Source of the DNA: an uncultured Clostridia bacterium
GTDB lineage: Bacteria > Bacillota > Clostridia > Christensenellales > UBA1242
Assembly (NCBI GenBank): GCA_947628205.1
Contig: CANQYX010000002.1
Location: 4,975 to 68,974, forward strand
Length of the DNA stretch: 64,000 nucleotides
Reading direction: 5' to 3'
In this document: positions 16,833 to 28,870 of the stretch, in pieces
Layout of the letters: every line of letters begins with the position of its first letter
Numbering within the stretch: position 1 is the stretch's first letter
The notes under the pieces: generated by a model
Databases searched by the model: none
Told to the model about the DNA's origin: nothing
Seen by the model: the letters and a program-made list of their open reading frames with translations, nothing else
Translations under genes and position numbers: made by a program

Positions 16833-19800
16833 TTAAGATGCTTTATTTTGTTTTTCTTGTTCTTCGGCAGTTTCGGCAACTTTAACCGCATCTTTAAGTT
16901 TAACTGAAACGATTTTGCTTACGCCTTTTTCTTCCATTGTAACGCCGTACAAACTGTCTGCCACTTCCATGGTTGCCTTTTTGTGGGTGATTACAATGAA
17001 CTGTGTGTTATTTGCAAAATATTTTAAATATTTAGCAAAGCGCTCAATATTTGTGTCGTCAAGTGCCGCCTCAATTTCGTCCAAGAACACGAACGGCATT
17101 GGCTTTAATTTGATTATTGCAAACAAGATTGCAATGGCGGTGATTGTCTTTTCCCCACCGCTTAATAGGCTGATATGTTCAAGCTTTTTCCCCGGTGGCT
17201 GCGCAATAATTTCAACGCCCGCTTTTAATGGGTCTTCATTTGGCAAAATTTCCAACCTAGCATTGCCGCCGCCAAACAAATCTCGAAATGTGCGGGTGAA
17301 GTTATCTTGAATTTTGGCAAATTCGGTGTTAAATTTTTCTAGCATTTCATTTGAAAGGTCACGAATAATTGAAACTGCATCCTCTTCCGCCTTTTTCAAG
17401 TCGGCAATTTGGGCGCTCATTTCTTCATAGCGCGCGCCCTCGCTTTTATACTCTTCAACCGCATTAATGTTTACATAGCCAAGCGCGGTGATTTGGTTTT
17501 TGGTTTTGCTAATTTCCGCTAGGCAGGTTTTGATGTCAAAAGCGTCATCCGCCGTTTTTAGAGGCACACAATCGCTATATGTTAGGCTATACTCTTCCAT
17601 TATGCGCTCTTGCATATTTTCAATGTCTAAATCCACCTTTTGAAGTTTGTTTTCCTCTTGGAAAATGCGGTTGTTTAGGCGAGAAATATCGTTATTTATG
17701 TTGAGTTTTCTATCGTCAATTTCCTTAACTTCATTCATTAAACTTTGTTTAAATTCGTCAAACTGGCTTAGTTTTGTGTTAAGGTCGGCAAGAGTTGATT
17801 GAATTTCGTTAAGTTCACTATCCTGCTCATTAGATTTATTCAAATTGATGGCTTCGTTATAAACGGCTTGCTGGCTAGCAACCTCTTTTTCTAAACGGGC
17901 AATTGAAGTTTTAAGGTTTTCAATTTCCGCTGTTTGAGTTTCTATATTTTTTGTTAATGAATTGATTTTTTCTTCAGCCGAGGCAATTTCAACGCGAGAT
18001 GCCATCATTTTTTCTTGATAGTCATCACGTTTCAATTTAAGTTGCTCATAGGCATTTTTATTCTCTTTAAGTTCGTTAGATTGTGCCTTAGAATTGCTTA
18101 AATCTAACTCGGTTTGGTCGATTGAATTAATTTTGCTGTTTAAATCGTTAACAATGCCAGATGCAACCTTAATTTGCGCTTGTAGTGAGAAAATATCCTC
18201 TTCCAACTTATCTAAATTGGCTTGCAAATTCTCCAAACGAGAATTTTTGGTGTAATATTCTGTGTTGGTTTTTTGCATGCTAGTGTTTTCGTCCGCCAGC
18301 ATGGTTTTAAGCTTTTCCATTGCGCCTAAATATGTTTTTAATTGCCCCTCATTAGTGCGCAATTCTTGCGTGCGGGCTTGAATGTTTTGTTTTAGATTGT
18401 TAATTTCGTTTTCTTTGCCCAAAAGTGAGCCATCTTTGCTTTTTTTGCTGCCACCCGACATGCTGCCCTGTGGCGAAATAACATCGCCGTCAAGCGTAAC
18501 AAGGCGGAAAGCATAGTGTGATTTTATTGCTAGTGCGGTGGCGTTATCTAGCGTATCCACAACCACGGTTGAGCCAAGCAAACTTTCAATAACCGGCCTA
18601 TATACCGCATCTGTTTTAACAAGTTCACTTGCAACACCTATGCAACCTTTTGAGGTTAAATATTGCCTATCTGCCGCCGACAAACTGCGCGTTTTAACCG
18701 CACTTATTGGCAAGAAAGTGGCACGACCACAATTTTGGCTTTTTAAGTAGTTAATTAAAACTTTTGCATCGTCCTCATTTTTGGTTACAATGTTTTGAAT
18801 GCTGCCGCCAAGCACAATTTCAATGGCGGTTTGATATTTTTCCTCCACCTTAATTATGTTGCCAACCACGCCCATAATGGCAGAATTGAGTTGGCTATTA
18901 CGCTTGTTATCCTGCAACAAGCGTTTAACTGCAAGTTGATATCCCTCAAACTCAGTTTGCAAGCTGGTTAGCAAATTAACGCGGTTGGTGTCGTTAGTTA
19001 TAGAGGATTTTAGCGCAAAAATTTTGTCGTTGCACACAGCAATAGCTTGCTCTAATTCCTTTTGTTTAGTTAAGATTTTGCTTGAATTTTCGGCGGATTT
19101 TGTGCGAACTTTGGCAAGATTTTCCACCTCAATTTTAAGTTTTTCAAATTCGGCTTGCGCGCTTTGTTTGGCTTGCTGAGATTGTTCTAACTTTTCGCTA
19201 TCCTGCTTAATATTTTCGGTTAGTGTATCCCGTTTGGCAATGTATGCAGACAAATTTGCCTTAATGTCGGTCAACTTTGCTAAATTATCTATAATTTGGC
19301 GTTGATTTTCCTCTTTTTCGCCTTCGTTTTTGGTTATTTCGTCCACAAGCGCAAAATATTCATCACTAATTTTTTGTGATTGTTTCCTTAATTCAATTAA
19401 TCTATTTTGCTCTTCTTGCTTAAGTGCGGCAGCGTTAGTTACTAGCGCGGTGCGTTGGTTTAAATCTAAATTTTGAGCGTTTAAGTCAGCTGTTAATCTA
19501 TCCAACTGCTCTTTTAAATATTTTGTTTGTTCGCTAAGAAGGCGGCTATCTCCCTGCTTTTTTTCAAGTTTTACGGTATATTGCAAAACTTGTTCATGCA
19601 GGTCGTTAGATTTTTTATCCAGCTGATTGATTTCGTTAAGGGCTTTATCATATTTAGCTTGCTCGGTTTCCAAACTGTTGGTTAAAACGTTTAAATTATC
19701 CCTAAATCCGTCTAATTTTTCTTGAATTCCCTGCTTAGTTTTGGCGGAGTTATCGTACTGATAAATATACGCATTAATTTCCAAATTCTTTAAACTATCG

Positions 19801-20459
19801 CGAAGTTCTAGGTATTTTTTAGCATCCTCACTTTGTTTTTTTAATGGACCTAAGCGGCGCTCAACTTCGGTCATAATATCATTGGCGCGGCTTAAATTGT
19901 CGCGCACCTTTTCCAATCTGCGCTCGGTTTCTTCCTTCCTAGATTTATATTTAGAAATGCCAACTGCCTCTTCAAAAATGATGCGCCTATCCTCTGGCTT
20001 GGATGAAATGATGCTTTCCACCCTGCCTTGCCCGATTATTGAATAACCATCCAAACCCAAGTTGGCATCTTGCAACATTTCGGTTATATCTTTTTTGCGG
20101 CAAATTTGACGATTAATATAATATTCGCTAAGCCCGTTGCGATATAATTTACGGGTTATAACAACCTCTTCATACTCCAAATTAAACCATTTGTTTGAGT
20201 TATCAAAAACAAGCGAAACCTCGCAATAACTTAGCTTTTTGCGCTTTTCGCTGCCGGCAAAAATTACGTCTTGCATGGATTGCCCACGCAATTCTTTGCT
20301 TGATGTTTCCCCCATAACCCAACGGATGGCGTCACTTACATTACTTTTGCCACAACCGTTAGGGCCAACAATAGCGGTTGCGCTGCCGTCAAAAACAATG
20401 TTTGTTTCGTCCGCAAACGATTTGAACCCCACCATGTTAATTTGTTTTAAATTTATCAT
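16833..20459 (-). CDS. smc: Chromosome partition protein Smc
   Basis: N-terminal FKSF...GPNGCGKSN Walker A, long coiled coils with a central hinge, and C-terminal LSGGEKT signature plus FLDEIEAALD Walker B. Start set to MINLKQI (20459). Confidence 0.95.
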   Translation of the reverse strand: MINLKQINMVGFKSFADETNIVFDGSATAIVGPNGCGKSNVSDAIRWVMGETSSKELRGQSMQDVIFAGSEKRKKLSYCEVSLVFDNSNKWFNLEYEEVVITRKLYRNGLSEYYINRQICRKKDITEMLQDANLGLDGYSIIGQGRVESIISSKPEDRRIIFEEAVGISKYKSRKEETERRLEKVRDNLSRANDIMTEVERRLGPLKKQSEDAKKYLELRDSLKNLEINAYIYQYDNSAKTKQGIQEKLDGFRDNLNVLTNSLETEQAKYDKALNEINQLDKKSNDLHEQVLQYTVKLEKKQGDSRLLSEQTKYLKEQLDRLTADLNAQNLDLNQRTALVTNAAALKQEEQNRLIELRKQSQKISDEYFALVDEITKNEGEKEENQRQIIDNLAKLTDIKANLSAYIAKRDTLTENIKQDSEKLEQSQQAKQSAQAEFEKLKIEVENLAKVRTKSAENSSKILTKQKELEQAIAVCNDKIFALKSSITNDTNRVNLLTSLQTEFEGYQLAVKRLLQDNKRNSQLNSAIMGVVGNIIKVEEKYQTAIEIVLGGSIQNIVTKNEDDAKVLINYLKSQNCGRATFLPISAVKTRSLSAADRQYLTSKGCIGVASELVKTDAVYRPVIESLLGSTVVVDTLDNATALAIKSHYAFRLVTLDGDVISPQGSMSGGSKKSKDGSLLGKENEINNLKQNIQARTQELRTNEGQLKTYLGAMEKLKTMLADENTSMQKTNTEYYTKNSRLENLQANLDKLEEDIFSLQAQIKVASGIVNDLNSKINSIDQTELDLSNSKAQSNELKENKNAYEQLKLKRDDYQEKMMASRVEIASAEEKINSLTKNIETQTAEIENLKTSIARLEKEVASQQAVYNEAINLNKSNEQDSELNEIQSTLADLNTKLSQFDEFKQSLMNEVKEIDDRKLNINNDISRLNNRIFQEENKLQKVDLDIENMQERIMEEYSLTYSDCVPLKTADDAFDIKTCLAEISKTKNQITALGYVNINAVEEYKSEGARYEEMSAQIADLKKAEEDAVSIIRDLSNEMLEKFNTEFAKIQDNFTRTFRDLFGGGNARLEILPNEDPLKAGVEIIAQPPGKKLEHISLLSGGEKTITAIAILFAIIKLKPMPFVFLDEIEAALDDTNIERFAKYLKYFANNTQFIVITHKKATMEVADSLYGVTMEEKGVSKIVSVKLKDAVKVAETAEEQEKQNKAS

Positions 20460-20582
20460 TGCTTTTATCCTTATTTGTACTAGGATATTATAGCAAATTA
20501 GCAAAAAAACGCAAAAGATTTTCATTATCTTTTTTGAAATTAGCAAATTTTGTTAGCCGATGTGTAAAAATTTGGACAAAAT

Positions 20583-20604
20583 AAAAACTCGATTTATTTC
20601 GAGT
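20583..20604 (-). terminator. Rho-independent terminator after the 20605-20955 ORF
   Basis: On the minus strand, aaactcgaaataaatcgagttt followed by T5, immediately after the stop codon. Confidence 0.7.
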
Positions 20605-20955
20605 TTAAACGCCATTTATTAAATTAGCGTGATAATTTAAATAATCTTGTTTATAAGTTGTAAAGTTGTTGTTTAAGGTGCGAATCCAGAATTTATTGAT
20701 ATTTTCTAAATTTGAAACAACGAATGCACGGCTATCCAACCATTTTAATTCGCAATAAAAATCGAACAATTCAAAAATTAGCACCCTAACCTTTTTGCCT
20801 TTTTCGTTATAATCAAAAAGTGAAACGACAATTGATTTATCCGAACTTGTTATAATTTCCGCCGTGCCATTGCCATCGCCAAAAAATTTGGGCAGTTGAT
20901 TTATAAACTCTTCGCGCATGCCTTCTGAAAACCGGCTAATGTAACTTTTTCCCAT
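20605..20955 (-). CDS. Hypothetical protein (116 aa)
   Basis: An ORF with its own terminator and a TTGACA-16-TGtTAATAT promoter (20992-20965) only 9 nt from the ATG, with no SD. No motif recognised. Confidence 0.55.
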   Translation of the reverse strand: MGKSYISRFSEGMREEFINQLPKFFGDGNGTAEIITSSDKSIVVSLFDYNEKGKKVRVLIFELFDFYCELKWLDSRAFVVSNLENINKFWIRTLNNNFTTYKQDYLNYHANLINGV

Positions 20956-21001
20956 AACAATTATATATTAACATAAAATATAAATTTGTCAACAGTTTAT
21001 A

Positions 21002-22972
<1,971 letters not shown>

Positions 22973-25237
22973 TTAATCTTTAAATTCAATAGGTGCATAA
23001 TCTAGGCTGAGCATTTTTTCGCCAACCGTATCAAACTTAATTTTAACTGTGTGGTTGGTTGAACCGGGGGTTATCTCCACAATTTTGCCCTCGCCAAACT
23101 TAGGGTGCGTTACAAGCGCGCCTAGTTTGAGTTTGGAATAATCCACCGTCTTTTTCTCAACAGTGTCCTTTTTAAAAGTATAATTATATGATTGATTGTT
23201 GTTTGAACCGATTGTGTTCATATTATCTCCTTTATTAACATAATTATTTGAATAGCGCGTTCCGCTATATTGATTTGAATATTGGCTAACTCCGCCAAAA
23301 CTATTTCTATTATAACTATTATACTGCAAATTAGGCTCGAATTTGCGCTCTTTTGCCAAATCTAGTTCATATAAAAACCTAGATTTTACGCTATACTCGC
23401 GCTTGCCATACATAAAGCGCGAACTGCTTGAGGTTAAAATTAACTCTTTCTTGGCGCGCGTTACTGCAACATACATTAGGCGGCGCTCTTCTTCCAAATC
23501 CTCGCTATCCTCGCGCGAAATGGGGAAGATTTTTTCCTCGCACCCGACCACGAAAACTGTGTTAAATTCAAGGCCCTTTGCGCCATGCACGGTTGCCAAA
23601 ACCACGCCTTTGCCGTCGTCCTCATCCATGGCAGATGATAGTGTTACATTTTGCAAATAGTCAATTATTGTTGCGCCCTCGTTGTTCTCCTCAAACTCCC
23701 TAACCGAATTGACTAATGAGTTAATGTTCAGCAGGCGTTCATATTCTTGCTCGTTATCCTTATCAAACGAATTTAAAATGTTGGCTTGGTTTATCATATA
23801 GGTGAAAAACTCGTAAACGCCCATGTTGTTGATGTTATCATCCAAATCTTTAAGCAAATCTTTAAGCGGTTTAAGTTTATCTTTAAGCGGGCGCGGCAAA
23901 ATTTCGTTTTCGCTGTTCATAACCACGTCTTTAATCGAGCGTTTGCTTGCAGAGGCAATGTCAACCAATTTATCTACGCTAGTTTCGCCTATGCCGCGCT
24001 TTGGAAAGTTGATAATTCTAAGGAAACTAACATCGTCCGTTGGGTTTACCACCGCGGTGAGATATGAAAGCACGCTTTTGATTTCGGCACGCTCAAAGAA
24101 CTTGAAACCGTTGTACATAATGTGCGGAATATTGTAAGTAAGCAACTTTTCTTCAAACGCGCGGGACAAGGCATTTAAGCGCATCAAAATTGCCATTTCG
24201 TTATACGGCACGCCTTGATTATGTTTTTGAATTATCGAGTGGACAACAAAATCTGCCTCATCTGCTTCGTTCATTGCCGGATAATAGAAAACTTCTGCTC
24301 CGTCATCATTGGTTGTATATAATTTTTTATCCAACCTATTTTTATTGTTTTTTATAATAAGGTTTGCGCGCTCCAGAATTTTTTTAGTAGAGCGATAATT
24401 TTGCTCTAATTTGAACACTTTTGCGTCCTTAAAATCGCGCGTGAACTGAAAAATGTTGTCTATATTCGCGCCGCGCCAACCGTAAATTGATTGGTCCTCA
24501 TCGCCTACAATTAAAATATTTCGCGTTTTGCTAGATAGAAGTTTGATGATGTCATATTGCAATTTGTTTGTATCCTGAAATTCGTCCACACTGAAATATG
24601 AATATTTATTTTGTATGCTGGCAAGCACTTCGGCATTTGTGGAAATTAGGTTATAAAAATTTACAAGCAAATCGTCAAAATCCATGGCATTGTTTTTAAT
24701 TAGTTCGTTTTGATAATTTAAATAAAACTTTTCAAACTCGCGCATCGTAGGGTTGTAACTATAAACCTTCATGAACTCGTCAATTGATAAATTTTCATTT
24801 TTAATTGTTGAAATGTTATGTTTGAAATTGGATTTTAACTCCTCATCCGTTATGTTCATTTGCTTAAAAAGTTCTTTAAAAATTTTGTTTGTGTCCGCGT
24901 CCGTAAAAATTGAAAAATTTTCTTTATAGTTTTTTAAAAAACTTGCGTACGTTCTTAGCATTCGGGCGCAAAAACTGTGAAAGGTGCAAACTGTAACCAT
25001 ATTGCCGTTTGGCACAATTCTTTCAATGCGCTCTTTCATTTCGTTGGCGGCTTTGTTGGTGAAAGTTATTGCCAAAATTTTGTGCGCCGGCACGCCGCAA
25101 TCGCTAATTAAATACGCAATTCTATATGTTAAAAGGCGAGTTTTGCCACTGCCCGCGCCTGCGCTAACTAGCACAGGGCCGTCCGTTGCCAACATCGCCA
25201 CATATTGTTCATCGTTAAGTTCTGCCTTGTAGTCCAT
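22973..25237 (-). CDS. pcrA: ATP-dependent DNA helicase PcrA/UvrD family
   Basis: 754 aa. AGAGSGKTRLLTYRIAYL Walker A, VDEFQDTN, NYRST and VTRAKKEL superfamily-1 helicase motifs. The pcrA-ligA pair matches Bacillus. Confidence 0.93.
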   Translation of the reverse strand: MDYKAELNDEQYVAMLATDGPVLVSAGAGSGKTRLLTYRIAYLISDCGVPAHKILAITFTNKAANEMKERIERIVPNGNMVTVCTFHSFCARMLRTYASFLKNYKENFSIFTDADTNKIFKELFKQMNITDEELKSNFKHNISTIKNENLSIDEFMKVYSYNPTMREFEKFYLNYQNELIKNNAMDFDDLLVNFYNLISTNAEVLASIQNKYSYFSVDEFQDTNKLQYDIIKLLSSKTRNILIVGDEDQSIYGWRGANIDNIFQFTRDFKDAKVFKLEQNYRSTKKILERANLIIKNNKNRLDKKLYTTNDDGAEVFYYPAMNEADEADFVVHSIIQKHNQGVPYNEMAILMRLNALSRAFEEKLLTYNIPHIMYNGFKFFERAEIKSVLSYLTAVVNPTDDVSFLRIINFPKRGIGETSVDKLVDIASASKRSIKDVVMNSENEILPRPLKDKLKPLKDLLKDLDDNINNMGVYEFFTYMINQANILNSFDKDNEQEYERLLNINSLVNSVREFEENNEGATIIDYLQNVTLSSAMDEDDGKGVVLATVHGAKGLEFNTVFVVGCEEKIFPISREDSEDLEEERRLMYVAVTRAKKELILTSSSSRFMYGKREYSVKSRFLYELDLAKERKFEPNLQYNSYNRNSFGGVSQYSNQYSGTRYSNNYVNKGDNMNTIGSNNNQSYNYTFKKDTVEKKTVDYSKLKLGALVTHPKFGEGKIVEITPGSTNHTVKIKFDTVGEKMLSLDYAPIEFKD

Positions 25238-25347
25238 AAATTTATTATACCAAATTCCCCTTTAAGTTGCAAATAAAAAAGAAAATTTTAAAATTTTTCT
25301 TTTTGGTTTAGAAAAGAAATCGCTTTTCTGTATATTTAATTCCTAAT

Positions 25348-25464
25348 TGTCATCCTGAGTAAGCGGAGCGCATCGAAGGATCTTGATAACACTCAATGAG
25401 ATTCTTCGCTATTACCCCACTGCGAAATTAATTCTTGTGGGGACCCCGTACGCTCAGAATGATA
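25348..25464. repeat. Two GAGAT...ATGACA-family repeats (pcrA-rpsU spacer), one with a nested hairpin module
   Basis: 25348-25383 tgtcatcctgagtaagcggagcgcatcgaaggatct (inverted ATCCT type). 25398-25464 gagattcttcgct[attaccccactgcgaaattaattcttgtggggaccccgta]cgctcagaatgata. Confidence 0.85.
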
Positions 25465-25493
25465 TCGGCGTAAAACACCGAAACATCTGTAAA

Positions 25494-25522
25494 TAAAAAA
25501 ATAAGCGTTACACTTATTTTTT
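25494..25522 (-). terminator. Rho-independent terminator after rpsU
   Basis: ataagcgttacacttat hairpin; on the minus strand it is followed by T7. Confidence 0.65.
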
Positions 25523-25528
25523 AACTGA

Positions 25529-25726
25529 TTAATACTTGCTGCGTTTCATAGCGCGTTTTCTAGCGGCTTTTTGTTTTTCCTTTTTCTTAACGCTTGGCTT
25601 TTTGTATTCAGTGTTCTTTTTAAGGTCGCCAATTATGCCGTCTTTTTGGCATTTGCGTTTAAAACGTTTTAAAGCGCTATCAACCGATTCATTTTCGCCA
25701 CATTTAACTGTTGTCAACTTATTCAC
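25529..25726 (-). CDS. rpsU: 30S ribosomal protein S21
   Basis: VKCGENESVDSALKRFKRKCQKDGI...KPSVKKKEKQKAARKR. The exact start is uncertain (GTG at 25726 or a TTG four codons in). Confidence 0.88.
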   Translation of the reverse strand: MNKLTTVKCGENESVDSALKRFKRKCQKDGIIGDLKKNTEYKKPSVKKKEKQKAARKRAMKRSKY

Positions 25727-25887
25727 CCACTTTTATTTTAAAATTTTTCATTAAAAAGGTGGTTTGCCACCACTCTTTTTTAATTATATAACAAAAAAAT
25801 TTAAAAGTCAACTAGTTTTTTGAAAAATTTATTAAAAAGTTGACATATTTTCGCTTATTGTTTAAAATAAAATTGTAGGAGAAAAGT

Positions 25888-26406
25888 ATGGAATTGTGGG
25901 ATTTATATGACGAAAATCGCCAAAAAACGGGCAAAGTTGTTGAGCGTGGCGAAAAATGCCCTGCTGGATTGTGCCATTTGGTTGTGCATGTGTGTATATT
26001 TAACAGAGCTGGCGAAATGTTAATTCAACAACGGGCGGCAAGCAAGAAAAGTTGGCCTAACGCGTGGGATATAACATTGGGTGGATGCGCGGTTAAAGGC
26101 GAAAGTTCAGTGCAAGCAATTCAACGTGAACTTTATGAGGAATTAGGCATTAGGCACGATTTTTCTAACGAAAGAGCGTTTTTCACAATCAATTTTGAAA
26201 ATGGGTTTGATGATTATTATTTGATTGAAAAAGATGTTGATTTGGAAGACATTAAGTTTGTTGATAACGAAGTTCAAAATATAAAATGGGCAAGCAAAGA
26301 TGAAATTTTGCAAAAAATTAAAAACAAAGAATTTATTTGTTATTACCCTTCTTTTATTAACGCACTTTTTGAAATGCGCGCCAAACGCGGCGTGCATGCG
26401 CTGTAA
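25888..26406 (+). CDS. NUDIX hydrolase
   Basis: Nudix box GGCAVKGESSVQAIQRELYEELGI. AGGAGA SD and a TTGACA-17-TAAAAT promoter upstream. Confidence 0.85.
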   Translation: MELWDLYDENRQKTGKVVERGEKCPAGLCHLVVHVCIFNRAGEMLIQQRAASKKSWPNAWDITLGGCAVKGESSVQAIQRELYEELGIRHDFSNERAFFTINFENGFDDYYLIEKDVDLEDIKFVDNEVQNIKWASKDEILQKIKNKEFICYYPSFINALFEMRAKRGVHAL

Positions 26407-26424
26407 AAATTTGCAAAAAAAACG

Positions 26425-26448
26425 AAAACCACACAATGTGGTTTTTTT
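26425..26448. terminator. Bidirectional terminator between the NUDIX and HIT genes
   Basis: aaaaccacacaatgtggtttt hairpin flanked by an A-run and a T-run, placed between convergent stops. Confidence 0.7.
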
Positions 26449-26461
26449 GTTTTTAATTGAC

Positions 26462-26797
26462 TTACAAATCTTTAAGTTTTTCGCCGCCCATAATGTGAAT
26501 GTGGACATGGTTGACTGTTTGGCCGGCGTTATCCCCTTGATTGATAACCAAGCGGTAGCCCTCAGTTATGCCTAACTCCTCTTGCATTTTGGAAATTTTT
26601 AATAAAATTTTACCAAGCAGTGCCGCGCCATCGTCAGTCATCATGTCCAAATAAGGCACATGGTTGGTTGGAATTGCAAGCAAGTGAACTTTGGCTTGCG
26701 GATTGATGTCCTTAATAATCATAAAATCTTTATCTTCATACACTTTGGTGCTAGGGATTTCCCCTTTTCTAATTGCACAAAATACACAATTGTCCAT
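26462..26797 (-). CDS. HIT family (histidine triad) nucleotide-binding protein
   Basis: MDNCVFCAIRKGEIPS...HVHIHIMGG (HxHxHxx). Start at the ATG at 26797 with an AAAGGAGAA SD. The 30-aa extension in the track ORF reads through a repeat element. Confidence 0.88.
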   Translation of the reverse strand: MDNCVFCAIRKGEIPSTKVYEDKDFMIIKDINPQAKVHLLAIPTNHVPYLDMMTDDGAALLGKILLKISKMQEELGITEGYRLVINQGDNAGQTVNHVHIHIMGGEKLKDL

Positions 26798-26818
26798 AAT
26801 ATTCTCCTTTTTTATCTT

Positions 26819-26939
26819 AGATACACTCCACGCGTTCGCGATGCTCACTTGGTCGGTATGACATGTCAGCAAGAGCCAGCATGGCAATCTCTACCTTTAA
26901 AAATGTCATTCTGAGCGAGCAAAGCGAGCTGAAGAACTC
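26819..26939. repeat. Three GAGAT...ATGACA-family repeats (HIT-mtaB spacer)
   Basis: 26819-26863 agatacactccacgcgttcgcgatgctcacttggtcggtatgaca; 26864-26891 tgtcagcaagagccagcatggcaatctc (inverted, degenerate); 26904-26939 tgtcattctgagcgagcaaagcgagctgaagaactc (inverted; overlaps the mtaB stop). Confidence 0.8.
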
Positions 26940-28188
26940 AACCTTTTATTTCGCCTTTCATGCCGTCTAAATATGGCTCGGTTAGGGTTATATCGTAAAT
27001 TTCCCCAAGTTTGAGTTTAGTTGGTATGTAGGTATATATATAATTATCAGTATAGCCCAAACTGAAATTTTGGTCAACTAATTCAACCAAAACTTTGTGA
27101 GTTGTGTTTATATTTTGGCTGAAAAACGCATTTTTAAACTGATTGTTGAGTTCAATAAGCAGTTTTTCGCGCTGTTTTTTTGTGGCTTTATCCACCTTTG
27201 GCGCGTTTAACTTAAGGGCGACTGTGCCGGCGCGTTCGCTATACGGGAATATGTGCATAAAACTGAAATTGATTTTTTTCAAATTTTCAACCGTTGTGTT
27301 GAATTCCTCGTCCGTTTCGCCAACAAAGCCAACAATGATGTCGGTTGAAATTGATGCATTTTTGAAAATTTTGCGGATTTTTTGCGTTGTTTCAATAAAC
27401 TGCTCGATTGTATATCGCCTATTCATGCGTTTGAGGGTCTCGTTGCAAGCGGACTGCAAACTAAGGTGAAAATGTGGGCAGAAATTTTTGCATTGCTTTA
27501 AGGTTTTTAGCATTTCATCGTCCAGCACATTGCACTCTAACGAGGATAAGCGGAAGCGTTTGCCGCACTTATCCACGGCCGCAACAAGCGTTTTTAGCGC
27601 GAGTTTGCCATCAATTTTATAGTCACTCATATTTATGCCAGTTAGCACAATTTCTTGCGCTTTGGTGCTGGCAATTTCGTCAATAATATCTGCCAAATCG
27701 CGGCTGCGGCTGCGGCCACGCACATACGGGATGAGGCAATAAGTGCAAAAATAATCACAACCATCTTGAATTTTTATAAATTGTCGGGTGCGCGTTTCAA
27801 TTGGGCGCGAGGTGTTGGTATATTTATTATGAACAATATCTGGCAAAGTTTTGTTTGGTTTGTTTACAAACGCCATAATATCATTTTTGCCGGCGTTGCC
27901 AAGAACAGCAAAAACATTTTTATTTTTTAAAAATTGAGCCGGGTTATTTTGCGCCGCACAACCGCAAACGATAATTTTTGCGTTTTTATTGAGTTTTAAA
28001 ATTTTGGTGAGTGTTTGCCTAGATTTTTGCTCGGCAGTGTTGGTTACCGCGCAAGTGTTTAGCACATAAACATCTGCTTTAACAAACCCTTCGGCAATTT
28101 CATACCCCGCCGATTTTAGTTGGTTTAAAATGGACTGGCTTTCATATTCATTCACCTTGCAACCTAAGGTTACCACACTAGCAATCAT
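26938..28188 (-). CDS. mtaB: tRNA methylthiotransferase, MiaB-like (MtaB family)
   Basis: N-terminal UPF0004 Cys residues (LGCKVNEYES...NTCAV...CGC) and the radical-SAM motif CDYFCTYC. Next to rsmE, like B. subtilis yqeV-yqeU. Confidence 0.85.
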   Translation of the reverse strand: MIASVVTLGCKVNEYESQSILNQLKSAGYEIAEGFVKADVYVLNTCAVTNTAEQKSRQTLTKILKLNKNAKIIVCGCAAQNNPAQFLKNKNVFAVLGNAGKNDIMAFVNKPNKTLPDIVHNKYTNTSRPIETRTRQFIKIQDGCDYFCTYCLIPYVRGRSRSRDLADIIDEIASTKAQEIVLTGINMSDYKIDGKLALKTLVAAVDKCGKRFRLSSLECNVLDDEMLKTLKQCKNFCPHFHLSLQSACNETLKRMNRRYTIEQFIETTQKIRKIFKNASISTDIIVGFVGETDEEFNTTVENLKKINFSFMHIFPYSERAGTVALKLNAPKVDKATKKQREKLLIELNNQFKNAFFSQNINTTHKVLVELVDQNFSLGYTDNYIYTYIPTKLKLGEIYDITLTEPYLDGMKGEIKG

Positions 28189-28870
28189 GGTTCACCGCCT
28201 TTAAGGTGCTGACCGCACTTACGCACGCTACAGGTGCGCGCATTATGGTTTTACCTAAACTTATTTGTTTTGCAAAACCGCTAAAATACTCCACTTCGGC
28301 TGGCGAAAACCCACCTTCTGGGCCGATTATAATGGCAAAATCTCCGCTGAAAGTTGTGGGTTTTTGTGTGGCGTTTTCGTAAGCAAAAAAAGTCGTGGTT
28401 TTGGCGCAATCCTTTTTAATATCCGCCTTTTTTATAGTTGAAATTTGCATAATATCTGCGCGCTCGCATTGCTTGCTGGCTTGAATTGAAATTGAATTGA
28501 GTTTTTCTAGTTTTTTATCGTCTACATTTGCAATGCTGAAATCTGCTTTAAACAATTTGACATGTTTCACGTTCAATTCTGCCAAATTGTCTATTGCAGT
28601 TAACAACGCATCATTTTTAAGCAATGCGAGATAGACGGTTATGTTCGGCTCTGCACTCGCCAAATTTTTGCGTTTTTCAAGCACGCGTGCGGTTAAATTG
28701 GATTTTGAAATTGCCTCAATTTTAAGTGTATAATCAAAGCCATCGCCGTTAAAACCTTTAATAGTGTCACCCACCTGTTTGCGCCTAACTTTTGCAATAT
28801 GGTTGGTTTCGCTTGCATCAAAAATGGCAAGGTCGTTTTCTAATTTAGAGATATAAAACCTTTCGTCCAT
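28178..28870 (-). CDS. rsmE: 16S rRNA (uracil1498-N3)-methyltransferase RsmE
   Basis: 230 aa. HIAKVRR PUA-like N-terminus and IIIGPEGGFSPAEVE...LGKTIMRA SPOUT C-terminus. Confidence 0.88.
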   Translation of the reverse strand: MDERFYISKLENDLAIFDASETNHIAKVRRKQVGDTIKGFNGDGFDYTLKIEAISKSNLTARVLEKRKNLASAEPNITVYLALLKNDALLTAIDNLAELNVKHVKLFKADFSIANVDDKKLEKLNSISIQASKQCERADIMQISTIKKADIKKDCAKTTTFFAYENATQKPTTFSGDFAIIIGPEGGFSPAEVEYFSGFAKQISLGKTIMRAPVACVSAVSTLKAVNHDC